DNA of 34,888 bases. Source: Candidatus Omnitrophota bacterium (lineage in GTDB: Bacteria > Ratteibacteria > UBA8468 > B48-G9 > DSTR01). The notes under the pieces were generated by a model. It saw only the letters and a program-made list of their open reading frames with translations. It was not told where the DNA came from and did not search any database. The position numbers and the translations under genes were made by a program. Below are positions 1 through 10,300 of the stretch, in pieces; within the stretch, counting starts at the first letter, position 1, and each line of letters starts with the position of its first letter. The stretch covers positions 1 to 34,888 of the forward strand of contig JAMWDF010000002.1 of assembly GCA_023818865.1 (NCBI GenBank), read 5' to 3'.

Positions 1-530
1 AAAATTCCGGCTTGCCCTCCCGGATGCTTCTGGCAAAGAGAACAGATACCGATGTGCCAGGCTTCATCCAGTCCTACATGCATAAACAGAGAAGGGAAGA
101 TGGCCGTCAGTTCTCCCAGGTAATCTTCTAGAAATTGCCTGGTTTTCTGGCTCGAGGGGCAGAAGGTGTCATGATACCGGGCTGGTGTGTCCCAGCGTCC
201 TTGAAGATTGGTAGCGCGCAATTCTGAAAGCGGTTGTAGTTCTGGGAAACTTAAGAAGTGTTCCGCATGAGCCAGTGTCTGAGTGGCAGGAATGATATCT
301 ATGTTTTTTCCAGAGGCATATTCCACTATCTCCCTCATCTCCCCGGCTGAGTAGCTGTCTTTCGCCAAAGGATAGGGGAAATTTGTCGTGCGCACCCGGC
401 CTCCCAGATAAAGGAGCACAGCGTTATAATTGCTTTCAGCGGCAAAACTGATAAAGTTACGGATAAACTCAGGTGTTTCCTTCTGGCGAGCCAGATCAAG
501 CTGAACCGACCGTAGCCGAAAGTTTGCCAT
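1..530 (-). CDS. GH20-like beta-N-acetylhexosaminidase catalytic-domain protein (N-terminus present, gene runs off the window start)
   Basis: Absent from the supplied track because there is no stop in the window. Manual minus-strand translation from ATG 530-528 gives MANFRLRSVQLDLARQKETPEFIRNFISFAAESNYNAVLLYLGG...DTFCPSSQKTRQFLEDYLGELTAIFPSLFMHVGLDEAWHIG. The block CP..TxxFL..v..E....FP....HvG.DE matches the GH20 active-site strand with the catalytic D-E pair. The start lies 15 nt downstream of the preceding gene's stop. No signal peptide. Confidence 0.7.
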   Translation of the reverse strand, partial: MANFRLRSVQLDLARQKETPEFIRNFISFAAESNYNAVLLYLGGRVRTTNFPYPLAKDSYSAGEMREIVEYASGKNIDIIPATQTLAHAEHFLSFPELQPLSELRATNLQGRWDTPARYHDTFCPSSQKTRQFLEDYLGELTAIFPSLFMHVGLDEAWHIGICSLCQKHPGGQAGI

Positions 531-545
531 GAAGTCTAGGCCTTG

Positions 546-3146
546 TTATTTTCCTGTCTCCGGTTCAAGATGAAGCAACACAACTTCTCTTGGAGCCAGA
601 GGAAGAGCAAATCTCTGGAAGAAACTCGCTTCTGCTTTTGTTTGACCATTAACCAGCCCCTGTTTCAAAACAAAACTATCACCTCCAACCAGAGTAACGC
701 TGTATCTTCCGGAAGGCAAATCTAACCCTATAACCGGAACGGCTGGCCTGGATTCCCAGTTAGCCAGATAAAGAATGAAGTTTCCGTCTTCCACCTTTCT
801 GATAAGAAATTCCACCCGGCCATCCGGTTCAAAACGGAGGCCGGTTTCTCCCCTCATTTTTTTAATCAGAGACAGAAGATTTTGCCGAACAGACTTTTTC
901 ATCCCTTGGCGGGCGAGATTAATAGGCTGATAAGCCACATTTTTGCTGTCTAGCAGTCTTTTCAGGAGTGGTTCTGGATAAGGGTTGCCGTACTGGTCGG
1001 TTGAACCTAACTGGTCAAGGATGAGCAGTCTTGACCCGGTTTCCACGGCTTTCTTGATGGCCGCGAAAGATTCTCTGGATAAGGAGTAAGCAAAGGGCAA
1101 GATTAGAAGTTTATATTTTCCAAGGTCATCCAGAGTATCTGGCCTTTCCGCGAAACGAACATCATAGGGAATTCCGTTTTCCAGAAGCAATCCCTCTACG
1201 CACTTGCCTGAAACCATTCCCCGAAATCGCTCGTAGTTTAACTCCCTGGTCCTGGTATCTGTATCTCTTTTCAGCACAGCGGTCAGTTCCTCTATCCTCG
1301 GAAGATAAAGCACTGTTCCCAAGCTGCTGTCACTTACTTGTTCTGATAGCAGTCCTTCCATTTTTACCTCCCACCAATCTTCGGAAGCCCGGGAGAGAAT
1401 CAGGCAGACAGTTGCTGGCGTGTGGCTTTTTCCAATGCCCCATTGTTCCAGCAATCTCATCCTCTGAAAACCAGCGATGACGGTTGGCCGCCATTCTTTC
1501 CAATCCAACATGTAATTTATCCGGTAATTGGAAATATAGCGAACGCCTTCCATCACGGTCGGTAAAATATATCCATACATCTTTATCGGATCGTGCGTTC
1601 CGTTATACGTAATATTAAGCCACTGAATCGCTGCTTCCAGTCGGTCCTTCCCAAAAGCGCCGGCAAATCTCCGACACAAAGCGACATACTTGCCGGTATC
1701 CACTGTCACACCGCCATAGACTGTTCCAGCGTCCACTATTTTGTCGCGTCCAAGAATGTCCAAGGCTACTCCATGTTCCAGTCGGGTGTTGTATAACTGG
1801 ACCATTGCCTGGTTGCCATTGCTGAAAATCTTCAGGTTCGGTTTTAATTTTTTTAGCTTAGCAGCCACATCGTTAAATAGGGCATATAATTGCTCATATT
1901 CAAACAGCTCCCACTTCCTGTACTTTTCATTGTCGCCTGGTTTCTCCGGCAGGGAGGGGTAGCCAAACATGTCTTTAAAAGCCCTGGTGCAGGCAGGACA
2001 GTTGGTTCTGGGCAGGTTGTGGCCTTTGAAATAGTATTCGTCAGGCATAAGGTAAAGGCCATCAACTCCCTGAGCCACTGCTTCTGAAAGGAGCCAAAGC
2101 CACTTATCATGGAAATCGCTTTCGCTAATTACACAGGGATATTTCTCTGGGTAATACTGCCTTATCTCTTCTCGGTCAACAAACCGGTCGCTTTGCTCAT
2201 AAGGATAATCCCATCTCCTCCAGGGCATAGGTGCTATCTTGTCTGCCTTTTGGAATGGTGTAATCCAGGCATGAGTGAAGAAGTAAACCTTAAATCCTTC
2301 TTTATGCAGGGCGTCCACATAAGCTTTCAGGACATTCTTCTCAGTATGCGGACCGAGGTTCGTTGGCCAAGGAATGCGGTTATCACAACAACTGGTTTCG
2401 GAAAAGATTCTTACGCCGGTGGCTTCAACCAGCTTTAAACTTTCCACCAGGGTCCGGAAAGACTTGAAAGAATTTAGGTCTTCAGGCAAGTTGGAACCAT
2501 TCTGTTGGAGCCCGGCATGCCAGAAGTCGGTGCAGATAATGTTTTCAATATTCCGCACCTGCATCTTTGGTGGTCTTACCGCTTGGCCAGGAGTAATTCT
2601 GTTTTGGGGCAGCACTTTTTTCCCTGGGTCCAGGTTAACCTTAGTGGTGGTGTAAATTTCTACCTCACGAAACTGCGGAAAGGGACAGCGGTATCCGGCG
2701 TTGCCGGTCAGCGCCAGAAATTCAAGGCCATATAATTTCTTGTTGATTGGGACGGTGAGCCAGCTTCCAGCGATAATTTCCTGGTTTCTCACTATTTTGA
2801 TGTCTGTTTCAAATTTTCCGTCCCCGTCAATATCACCTGAGAGCTTGAAATCTTTTGCGCCGATTTTCCCCTGAATAAACCGGAAGGCGGTCACCGATAA
2901 AGGTTTCGGGAAATGGATAGAAAAAGTTCCAGCCACTTCCGGGCCACCCTCGTATCTGGAAGCAGTGTTTGGGTTACCGTCACAGAGATTATAAACACAG
3001 GTCATATAAGGATTGGCTGAGACTTCAGCCCAGTGGTACCAATCCAATTTGTAACCGGCTGGCGGCTCAGTTTCCTGCCCCGTCACAGACCTGGTTAGCA
3101 GCAGCCCGAGGATACCCAGGCTACCTACTATTTTCCCCTTGATCAT
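546..3146 (-). CDS. Secreted discoidin/CBM-like domain plus uncharacterised glycoside-hydrolase-like module with a GH42-type C-terminal alpha/beta domain (divergent paralogue)
   Basis: Track ORF 546..3200. I moved the start to ATG 3146, which is preceded by AAGGAGG with 5-nt spacing and gives MIKGKIVGSLGILGLLLT (signal peptide). The N-terminal jelly-roll-like segment (FSIHFPKPLSVTAFRF...REVEIY) contains a DIDGDGKFE Ca-loop-like motif. The C-terminal LLILPFAYSLSRESFAAIKKAVETGSRLLILDQLGSTDQYGNPYPEPLL resembles the GH42 beta-galactosidase trimerisation domain. Homologous to ORFs 3161..5221 and 7331..11356. Confidence 0.6.
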   Translation of the reverse strand: MIKGKIVGSLGILGLLLTRSVTGQETEPPAGYKLDWYHWAEVSANPYMTCVYNLCDGNPNTASRYEGGPEVAGTFSIHFPKPLSVTAFRFIQGKIGAKDFKLSGDIDGDGKFETDIKIVRNQEIIAGSWLTVPINKKLYGLEFLALTGNAGYRCPFPQFREVEIYTTTKVNLDPGKKVLPQNRITPGQAVRPPKMQVRNIENIICTDFWHAGLQQNGSNLPEDLNSFKSFRTLVESLKLVEATGVRIFSETSCCDNRIPWPTNLGPHTEKNVLKAYVDALHKEGFKVYFFTHAWITPFQKADKIAPMPWRRWDYPYEQSDRFVDREEIRQYYPEKYPCVISESDFHDKWLWLLSEAVAQGVDGLYLMPDEYYFKGHNLPRTNCPACTRAFKDMFGYPSLPEKPGDNEKYRKWELFEYEQLYALFNDVAAKLKKLKPNLKIFSNGNQAMVQLYNTRLEHGVALDILGRDKIVDAGTVYGGVTVDTGKYVALCRRFAGAFGKDRLEAAIQWLNITYNGTHDPIKMYGYILPTVMEGVRYISNYRINYMLDWKEWRPTVIAGFQRMRLLEQWGIGKSHTPATVCLILSRASEDWWEVKMEGLLSEQVSDSSLGTVLYLPRIEELTAVLKRDTDTRTRELNYERFRGMVSGKCVEGLLLENGIPYDVRFAERPDTLDDLGKYKLLILPFAYSLSRESFAAIKKAVETGSRLLILDQLGSTDQYGNPYPEPLLKRLLDSKNVAYQPINLARQGMKKSVRQNLLSLIKKMRGETGLRFEPDGRVEFLIRKVEDGNFILYLANWESRPAVPVIGLDLPSGRYSVTLVGGDSFVLKQGLVNGQTKAEASFFQRFALPLAPREVVLLHLEPETGK

Positions 3147-3160
3147 TCCTCCCTCCTTTG

Positions 3161-5221
3161 TTATCTCGCCGGAAAGATATAAAGTATCTTTACTTCCCAA
3201 GGTCTAAGCCCGATCTTAAATCTTGCCAGTTTCTTCGCTTCAATCTCTTTCTGCCTGCCCAGGAGTGCCCTTTTTGCTCCTTCAATGTCTGTCTGAACGA
3301 GCCGAAATTTCCCCTGAGGTAACTTCAGCCCGGCCTGGACCGAGACAGCGCAGTCCATCCAGTTAATAAAGCACAAAAATTTTTCCTGGGCATTTTTTTC
3401 CAGGCAGGCAAATTCTACATCGTCTCGGTCAGGCTGAAAGTAGCAGGTTTTCTTATCTCCGAGGAGTTTGTCCACCAGTTTAGCCATTTTCGCCTGGACT
3501 TCTGGATAGTGCCCAATAACTGTCAGGTCTTCTCCAAAATAGAATATTTCCCTGGAGGCCACCAATTTCTTAAGCAGCGGTTCAGGGTAGGCAGTACCAT
3601 ACTCATCGGTTTCTCCCAGGCCACCCAGCACCAGAATCTTCTTACCGCCTTCAGCCGCCTGTCTTATAGCGGCCAGAGCCTTCTGGCTAACACTGTAAGC
3701 GAAAGGGATAGCTACCACCTGGAATTCATTGATATCCTGCCAGTCTTCCGGATGGTCAAGATACCTCATCTGGTATGGATACCCATGGGAAAGAAGGAAT
3801 TCATGGAGCCATTTTTCATAAACAAACCCCCTGGTCTGGTCAGCCGGATTTCCTTGAGGGTGGTATCTTTGTCTTACCTGCCACCAGTCTTCAGAAGACC
3901 GGGAACGTAGCACCAGTATCTGTTTCGGTATTTTTGCTTCTCTTATTCCCCAGGTCGCTAGAGTGTCCAGAATGGAAAAAGCTTTTTCAACATAGCGATT
4001 ATAACCGCCGTGAAAGATAAAGTTGTATCGCCAGAAGGAAACAATGCTGGCTCCATGCATTACCGCGCTGAGGACCGGACCGTAAATATAGACAGGTGTA
4101 CATTCCAGATAGTAACCTGGATGTTTCATTGGGTCACTTGCCCAAGGACAGTTGTGGGTGGTGATAACCTCGCGGGGGAAGTTGGCTGCTTTCGCTCGCT
4201 TGACATTAGCGGCTGTCTTCCAGTGGTTGAGGTTGGTGTTGTCCTCATAAGCGCTGGCGTGGTAATAATCCACCAGGGCGGTGTGTCCAATGATATCATC
4301 AGCCACTCCCCAGTCCTGCCTTGTGTTCCAGGCAGTATCCAGGACAGTCAACTGAGTGAAGGTTTTAATCCGGGGATTAGCCTTTTTCGCTTCTCTGGCT
4401 GCTCCAGCAATGTAGTCAGCAAATTCTTCATAGGCAAAAACAATCCATTTTCTGAAAGATTCTGTGTCTCCTGGTTCTTCAGGAAATGGTACCTGGTACC
4501 TTTTCTCAAAGGCTTCCCGGGTAACTCTGTCGGCTGATTTTGGATACCGGAGGGCAGTCCAGCATTGCTCGTCATAGCCACACCCAACACCATCAACTTC
4601 ACTTGCGGCCTGTTCCCTGACAAACCCTTCCAGGAATTCCCGGCTGTACCTGGAAATGTAAGGAGCCGGTTGGTTCCTGGTGGGGGTGAGCGGAAATTCC
4701 TCCAGTTCTTTCGGATACACGCACCGGTCCATGGTGAAAAATATAATTCCATTTTTCTTGAATACACCGGCTAACTCCTGGAGAATATTTTCTTCCATGG
4801 ACCATCTATCATACTGACTCGGCCAGAGAACATCAGCTTCGTAGGTCCCTTTTCCTCTGGGGCTCTCAATGTTTCTTGGTGGCCAAAGATTGACGTAATT
4901 GGCTCTGATTTTCTTCAGGTTAGCTATAAAATCAAGCAGCGGTTGATACTGGTCTAAAGTTGGTCTCTTCTCCTTTGGAATTTTCAGCCAGCCAAGGATG
5001 TTGAACATCCAGGGCTCAATGTGAAAACCTTTGCCGAGCGGCTGATCAGGAATCTGGATAAGAGACTTTCTCTCTTCTTCGGTTAACTCCGCAGCAGACC
5101 AAGAAATGGTTTCACTCTTCCCAGTTTCGGAGAAAAACAGAATAAAGAAACAGAAGGTTATAACTTTCCTCCAGCCCTGGTATTTCTGCCTCAAATTTTC
5201 CAGTGAGCCATTAGCCAACAT
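3161..5221 (-). CDS. Uncharacterised glycoside-hydrolase-like protein (TIM-barrel-like module plus GH42-type C-terminal domain), exported or membrane-anchored
   Basis: 686-aa ORF with ATG at 5221 and a GAGGA upstream. It has an N-terminal hydrophobic segment, VITFCFFILFFS. It aligns along nearly its whole length with the C-terminal ~640 aa of ORF 7331..11356. Example: GFHIEPWMFNILGWLKIPKEKRP...PRGKGTYEADVLWPSQYDRWS versus GFHIEPWMFNILGWLNTPKEKRP...PRGKGTYESDVLWPSQYDRWS. Both also carry ILVLRSRSSEDWWQVRQRY. Confidence 0.6.
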   Translation of the reverse strand: MLANGSLENLRQKYQGWRKVITFCFFILFFSETGKSETISWSAAELTEEERKSLIQIPDQPLGKGFHIEPWMFNILGWLKIPKEKRPTLDQYQPLLDFIANLKKIRANYVNLWPPRNIESPRGKGTYEADVLWPSQYDRWSMEENILQELAGVFKKNGIIFFTMDRCVYPKELEEFPLTPTRNQPAPYISRYSREFLEGFVREQAASEVDGVGCGYDEQCWTALRYPKSADRVTREAFEKRYQVPFPEEPGDTESFRKWIVFAYEEFADYIAGAAREAKKANPRIKTFTQLTVLDTAWNTRQDWGVADDIIGHTALVDYYHASAYEDNTNLNHWKTAANVKRAKAANFPREVITTHNCPWASDPMKHPGYYLECTPVYIYGPVLSAVMHGASIVSFWRYNFIFHGGYNRYVEKAFSILDTLATWGIREAKIPKQILVLRSRSSEDWWQVRQRYHPQGNPADQTRGFVYEKWLHEFLLSHGYPYQMRYLDHPEDWQDINEFQVVAIPFAYSVSQKALAAIRQAAEGGKKILVLGGLGETDEYGTAYPEPLLKKLVASREIFYFGEDLTVIGHYPEVQAKMAKLVDKLLGDKKTCYFQPDRDDVEFACLEKNAQEKFLCFINWMDCAVSVQAGLKLPQGKFRLVQTDIEGAKRALLGRQKEIEAKKLARFKIGLRPWEVKILYIFPAR

Positions 5222-5399
5222 CTGCAGAAGGTCCTCAAGAGATCAAGAACCCAGACCGTAGGTCAAAGCAAGTAAGTCAGTCGAGACATAGCCTTCAGTC
5301 GTATTTGGGATTTTCCCTACTCAAGCCGCCCATACCTCAATGACGCCAGGGCCTACATTTTGATTTTCTGCCTGGGGCTCATCTTTGGATAACACCCTT

Positions 5400-7334
5400 T
5401 TAGCATCTTCCCTTTATCTTGCTCACTCCAGGCGCCTGATACCTTTTCCCGTTCAGGAGATAAGCCCCGGAGGAGAAATCTACTTCTACTTCAGTTCCAT
5501 CGCTAAAGACTGTCTGCTGAACCTGGCCAGCTTCTTCCAGCATTTTCCAGTCAATCATGGCTTCAAAACCTACTTTTTCCGAGAGCCCTTGAAGAGGCTT
5601 CAAGTCACGGACAAACTCTGCTGAAGACTTCCGGTAAGGGGAAAAATTGCACTCAAAGCCCTCGGGTCGCACTGAAGGGATGCCTCCCCAGAGCATCCCC
5701 CAGAGAAAAGCATCTTTTGGGTTTTTTTGGTCTATCCATGAAGGAACCACCAGGCAGTCATGCCAGACAAGAGCGTATAAGGGAAAAGGAATACCCAGGG
5801 GTTTATTTTCAAGCTTCTTCCGCAGATCAAAGGGACAGTTTCCTGGATGGACAGTATGGCAGAAGTCAAGAACAGGTATTGCCCAGTCGGCCCCGCCTTC
5901 AGAACTGGTGACCCAGCCAAATTTCTGGCAGAAGGCAAAGATTTCCGTCCAGGCTTTCCTGGTTTGACTTCTGGCGGAAAGGTGTTTCTGGTCGTAGCAT
6001 TCCCGCAGGTGGCTGAAAGTGAAACAATCAAGGTAGGTGGCAGAGGGACGGACTCTTTTTTGAATTTCAGACAGGTTGCGCCGGACAAACTTCATCGTTT
6101 TCTGCGGGCAAAGCCACTGCTGTCTTCCGCCAAGCCATTCATTATTTTCCGGCCTCACCCCGCTTAAATCAAGCACAGTTACCTCCGGGCCAAAGGATTT
6201 GCTGTCAGCATAAATGTCCACATAATTGTCATGAAGCAGAAAAAGATGACCCGAAGATTGAATAACCCTGGCCATCTTCACCAGACCATTCCAGCCGCCT
6301 ATTTTAGGATCCGGAGGAAGAATATCTGGATGGAGACAGTCATAACCCTTTCTTCCCCAGCCGTCAACATGGACTACCACCTTTTCTAAGCCAGCCTCTT
6401 TCTCCAGCTGCTTGAACCTTCTCAACCCTTCGGAAAAAGACATTCGCTGCCAGACATTTTTTTTCCTGAACCGGCCAAACCAAGATTCATGCCAGATATT
6501 GATAACGATGGCTCCGGGCAACTTAGCCACATTTGGTCTTTCTCTGGCTTTTTCTTTCAAGGTGAGAGCCAGCCCTTTACCGGCGGCATGTTGGCGATAA
6601 ACTTTGGCGATTTCTGGCAGGCTGATTTTGTTAAAAAATTTGTACTTAATGCTTCTTGGGTATCTGAAATTGCCCAGGCTGGCTAACCACCAAGGATGGA
6701 CAGTATGGCCATATTCTGGCTCGGTAACTACCCGAAAAGCGATGTCATCAGTAGTTTCTGGCAGGGCGACCATTGCCTCTCCAGAATCCGTTATCTGCGC
6801 CCACCAGGGCATCACGAAACCCATTCCCGCATAGGCAGGAAAAGTATGGGCAAGTTCTACCGGGAAATTCTTATCAAGGAGACACCCCTGTCCGTAAGGA
6901 AGAACGAGTTTGCCTCTAACCTTTTTCGGAAAAAGGAAGCCTCGGGGATAAGCACTGTCAATAAAAGAAGCTTCTCCTCGACCATTGCGGGTGCTTACAA
7001 TAATTTTCAAGGTGTCATAATCCAGATGAAAAGCCACTTCCACTGCAAAATCAAGATAACTCCAAACATTTGGTCTGTAAGGCCAACAGGAAAGCGTTAC
7101 CTTCCGAAAACAATTGTTTCCTTCCCAATTAATCTGCTGAGCCGAACTAAAAGGCAATCCTTCCCGAGGACCAGAATGCCCCTGAATGCCGATATCTCCT
7201 GGCCCGGTGGGCTGCATCAGCCAGCCCAAACCTGTTCTCAGGTCCAGTACATTGACTGAAAGGTTTCTTTGGTCTATCTCCACCTCAAGAAGTTGGTTTC
7301 TTATCTTGATTTTCCTGTTTTTCCATGGTCTCAT
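5400..7334 (-). CDS. Putative cytoplasmic glycoside hydrolase, GH101/GH129-like (DUF5696-type) (beta/alpha)8 protein
   Basis: 644-aa ORF. The ATG at 7334 overlaps the upstream stop (7331-7333) as ATGA. No signal peptide. The segment VHVDGWGRKGYDCLHPDILPPDPKIGGWNGLVKMARVIQSSGHLFLLHDNYVDIY resembles the DGW...G(H/Y)D..(H/Y)PD...P....GG...L......G....G.H.N block I recall from GH101/GH129 enzymes. The family assignment is from memory only. Confidence 0.45.
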   Translation of the reverse strand: MRPWKNRKIKIRNQLLEVEIDQRNLSVNVLDLRTGLGWLMQPTGPGDIGIQGHSGPREGLPFSSAQQINWEGNNCFRKVTLSCWPYRPNVWSYLDFAVEVAFHLDYDTLKIIVSTRNGRGEASFIDSAYPRGFLFPKKVRGKLVLPYGQGCLLDKNFPVELAHTFPAYAGMGFVMPWWAQITDSGEAMVALPETTDDIAFRVVTEPEYGHTVHPWWLASLGNFRYPRSIKYKFFNKISLPEIAKVYRQHAAGKGLALTLKEKARERPNVAKLPGAIVINIWHESWFGRFRKKNVWQRMSFSEGLRRFKQLEKEAGLEKVVVHVDGWGRKGYDCLHPDILPPDPKIGGWNGLVKMARVIQSSGHLFLLHDNYVDIYADSKSFGPEVTVLDLSGVRPENNEWLGGRQQWLCPQKTMKFVRRNLSEIQKRVRPSATYLDCFTFSHLRECYDQKHLSARSQTRKAWTEIFAFCQKFGWVTSSEGGADWAIPVLDFCHTVHPGNCPFDLRKKLENKPLGIPFPLYALVWHDCLVVPSWIDQKNPKDAFLWGMLWGGIPSVRPEGFECNFSPYRKSSAEFVRDLKPLQGLSEKVGFEAMIDWKMLEEAGQVQQTVFSDGTEVEVDFSSGAYLLNGKRYQAPGVSKIKGRC

Positions 7335-10300
7335 TGTGTTCCCTTAACGTAAAGGATTTTCATTTCCCAGGGTTCAAGCGAAACGAGAAATTGCTGAAGG
7401 TCACTGGACGCGATCTTTGTCTCTGGGCCGATGACCGCTTTTCGTACCCCATCCAGATCCCGAAGAAAAGCCTCATACGTTCCCGGTGGCAGGTTTAAAC
7501 CTGCGGTTACCTTTATCGCTCGGTCTGTCCAGTTAAGAAGGAGGACAAACTTTTCCCGGTCTCCCTTTTCGATTATTGCTGTTTCCACATCATTGCCCTC
7601 ACTGTTGAAGAAAAATAATTTTCTCGGCCCCAGCAATTTATCAATTTCCTTCTGAAAATTTGCCAGAAAATCAGGGTTATGCCCAAGAGAAACTATGTCT
7701 TCTTTTACTAGCAGTGCTTTGCCGGAAGAGACCATCCCTGAGAAAAGTGGAACAGGATAAAAATTTCCCCACTCATCGGTTTCTCCTTGCCTGTCCAGTA
7801 GCAAGATTTTTGTCCCGGCTTCGGCTGCCTTTTCAATTTTCTGGAAGGCTTCCCGGCTGATACTGTAAGGGAAGGGGAGTATCACCAAAGGATAGGCAGA
7901 AATTTCTGAGGCGAAATCTTCCGGATGCTCAAGGTAATAAATCCGGAATGGGTAGCCGTGGCTCAAAAGAAATTCTAATAGCCATTTCTCATAAATAAAT
8001 CCTCTGGTCTGGTCAGCTGGATTACCTTCTGGGTTGTACCGCTGTCGCACCTGCCACCAGTCTTCAGACGCTCTTGACTTCAGCACCAAAATTTGTCTGG
8101 GAATTCTGGCTTCTTTTGCTCCCCAGACAGCCAAAGTATCAAGCAGAGAGTAAGCCTGCTCAACGTACTTTTCGTAACCCCCGTAAAATATGAAGTTGTA
8201 TCTCCAGTAAAGCGGCAGACGACCGCCATGCATAAAGGAAACTACCGGTGGTCCATACATCCAGGCAGGAGTGGTATCAAGGTAGTAACCAGGGTATTTC
8301 ACCGGGTCATTCGCCCAGGGACAATTGTGGAGAGAGGCAGGGGCTCGGCCGCGGTTAGCCCCCAGCATTCTAAGAGTATTGGCGGCTGACACGAAGTGGT
8401 TCAAATTACCGTAATTTTGATAGCAGTAAGCTCGGAAAAAATCTATGTCAGCCATGTGTCCGACGATATCCTCGGCAATGTTTAGGTCAATCCTTCCGTT
8501 CCACAAATTTCCTAGGCAAACATGCACAGGCGTTTTGGTAAACACTTCTGGATTGGCTGCTTTTGCCGCGGCGGCAGCTTCAGCTAAATAAGAGGCGAAC
8601 TGTTCGTAACCGAAGATAATCCATTTTCTAAAAGCTTCAGTGTCTTCCATTTTGTCCGGCACTGGAAGGTTGTATTTCTTCTGGAAGGCTTCCCGGGTGG
8701 CTTCATCCACATTCGCCGGATTGCGTAACCCTCCCATCTGTTCGTCATAGCCGATTCCCACTCCATTGACTCCACTTTTCACCTGTTCCAAAACAAAACC
8801 CTTCAAGAATTCCCGGGTGTGTCTGGAAATGTAAGGGGCTGGTTTATCCCGAGTGTCGCTGGGTGGAAATTCTTCTAATTTTTTTGGGTAGACACACCGG
8901 TCCATAGTAAAAAGTTTGAGGCCACTGGCCTGGAAAACTTCCGCAATCTCCTTCAAGGCATTTTCGGTTAGAGACCATCGGTCATACTGACTAGGCCAGA
9001 GAACATCAGATTCGTATGTTCCTTTTCCCCTGGGCACCTGGATATTTCTGGGCGGCCACATATTCACAACATTGGCGTGATATTTCTTGATGTTCGTCAC
9101 AAAATTAAGGAAAGGCTCGTATTCTCTCAGAGGGGGTCGTTTTTCTTTTGGGGTATTGAGCCAACCCAAAATGTTGAACATCCAAGGTTCAATATGAAAC
9201 CCTTTTAGAACTTCCTCTTTTGGCTCCGGTGTCCTGAGGGTTATCGGTTCGCCGCCTTTGATTTCAGGGATGTTTTTCGGAGTCGGGGCAGCCGGTTTCC
9301 AAGTAGTCTGTTTCTTGGGAACGAGGATCTGGACGTCATAATAGCGGGGGGGGCCAAAAGTGGCCAGGAGAATTCCGGATACATTCTGAACTGATGGCTG
9401 GAAGGTGTTTTTTATCCAGGTCCTTGCCTTCCAGACACCACCGGGGTTGGTAATTTTTCCTTCCAAATCAGCCCGCAATAGTTTTTCGCAAACCCCATCA
9501 CCATTGGTATCAACGAGAATTGCCCAGGGACCAGAAGGTACCGCCCAGTTAATAGCCACAATCTCCTGGGGAGTATCAAAGTGGAAATAATATCTTGCAG
9601 TTTTTACTGGAGTTCCTTTTTCTGGTTCAGGCATGGTGCGCAGTTTTTCATCAGGGTCAACAAGAAGTCGCACCATCGTCGTGTAGGGAATAGTCCTAAT
9701 CTTGGCCGCAGGGGCGATATTCGCCAGTTCCAGACCTTTGGGTAGTTCAGGTCCAATCTGGTTATGGATGAGGGTCACCACACCAGGCAATGCCTCTGGT
9801 GCTACTGCCGGTTTAATCTCAGGAAACTGGTCTTTTGTCAGCGGCCCTTGAAGTTTCAAGCCAACATCATGGATTTCATAGTGGGCATACCTGGTGTCTC
9901 TAACTACCCCCAGCCAGAGCTCCCCACCTTCTTTGGTTTCCAATATTCCCTGGGATAGCTTGAATGTTCCGTTAACCTCCAGCGGTGCCTTGGTTATTGT
10001 GAGAGTACTGGCTGGTTTGTCCACTGTGAGGGAGGGAAAGATACTGGAGTAAGAATCTTTGGCTACTGTCCCGCCGGATTCAATTGTGGCTTTTTGAGGA
10101 CCGGTAAAGACAATCTGGGCTTTCTTCCCGAAATTCAGGCGAAAAGAATCTGTCCTTGGTTTTTCCGGCACAGGGGGAAGAAAGCAGGACCCAGTTATGG
10201 TAAGAACATTTTCCCCGAGATTGAAACTACCTACCTTGAAAAGGACGTCTCCCTGGATAGTCAGATTGCCTTCTTGGGTGACAGAATAAGCATAGTTTCC

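Noticed and set aside
1593-2735. A cluster of plus-strand ORFs of 65-109 aa (1593..1796, 1741..1962, 1890..2087, 2109..2438, 2374..2655, 2505..2735), plus the minus-strand ORF 1853..2110.
   Set aside because: All lie inside the 884-aa minus-strand gene, either antisense or out of frame. They have low-complexity or odd composition, no SD and no recognisable motif, so I treat them as shadow ORFs.
3147-3200. N-terminal extensions offered by the track at 3200, 13142, 13980, 17029, 18870, 22239, 30372 and 34114.
   Set aside because: In each case the extension starts at a non-ATG codon or lacks an SD, and several overlap the upstream gene. An internal ATG with a proper AGGAGG-type SD and/or a family-typical N-terminus (signal peptide, prepilin leader, CysS MKFF...) is a better start.
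3509-4805. ORFs in the alternative frames of gene 3161..5221 (for example 4010..4537 +, 175 aa, and 4348..4767 -, 139 aa).
   Set aside because: They are fully embedded in a gene whose reading frame is validated by strong paralogy to 7331..11356. None has an independent signal.
5222-5399. The 178-nt untranslated gap inside the GH operon, examined for an internal promoter, terminator, small RNA or tRNA.
   Set aside because: I found only a weak TTGACC-17-ATCTCT match and a 5-bp CCAGG/CCTGG stem. There is no T-tract terminator and no tRNA-like GTTCGA/T-loop. That is not enough to call a feature.
5647-7259. Antisense or out-of-frame ORFs within the 644-aa gene (for example 6696..7259 +, 187 aa, and 5732..6088 -, 118 aa).
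   Set aside because: They are shadow ORFs of a long, coherent minus-strand CDS. They have no SD and no motifs.
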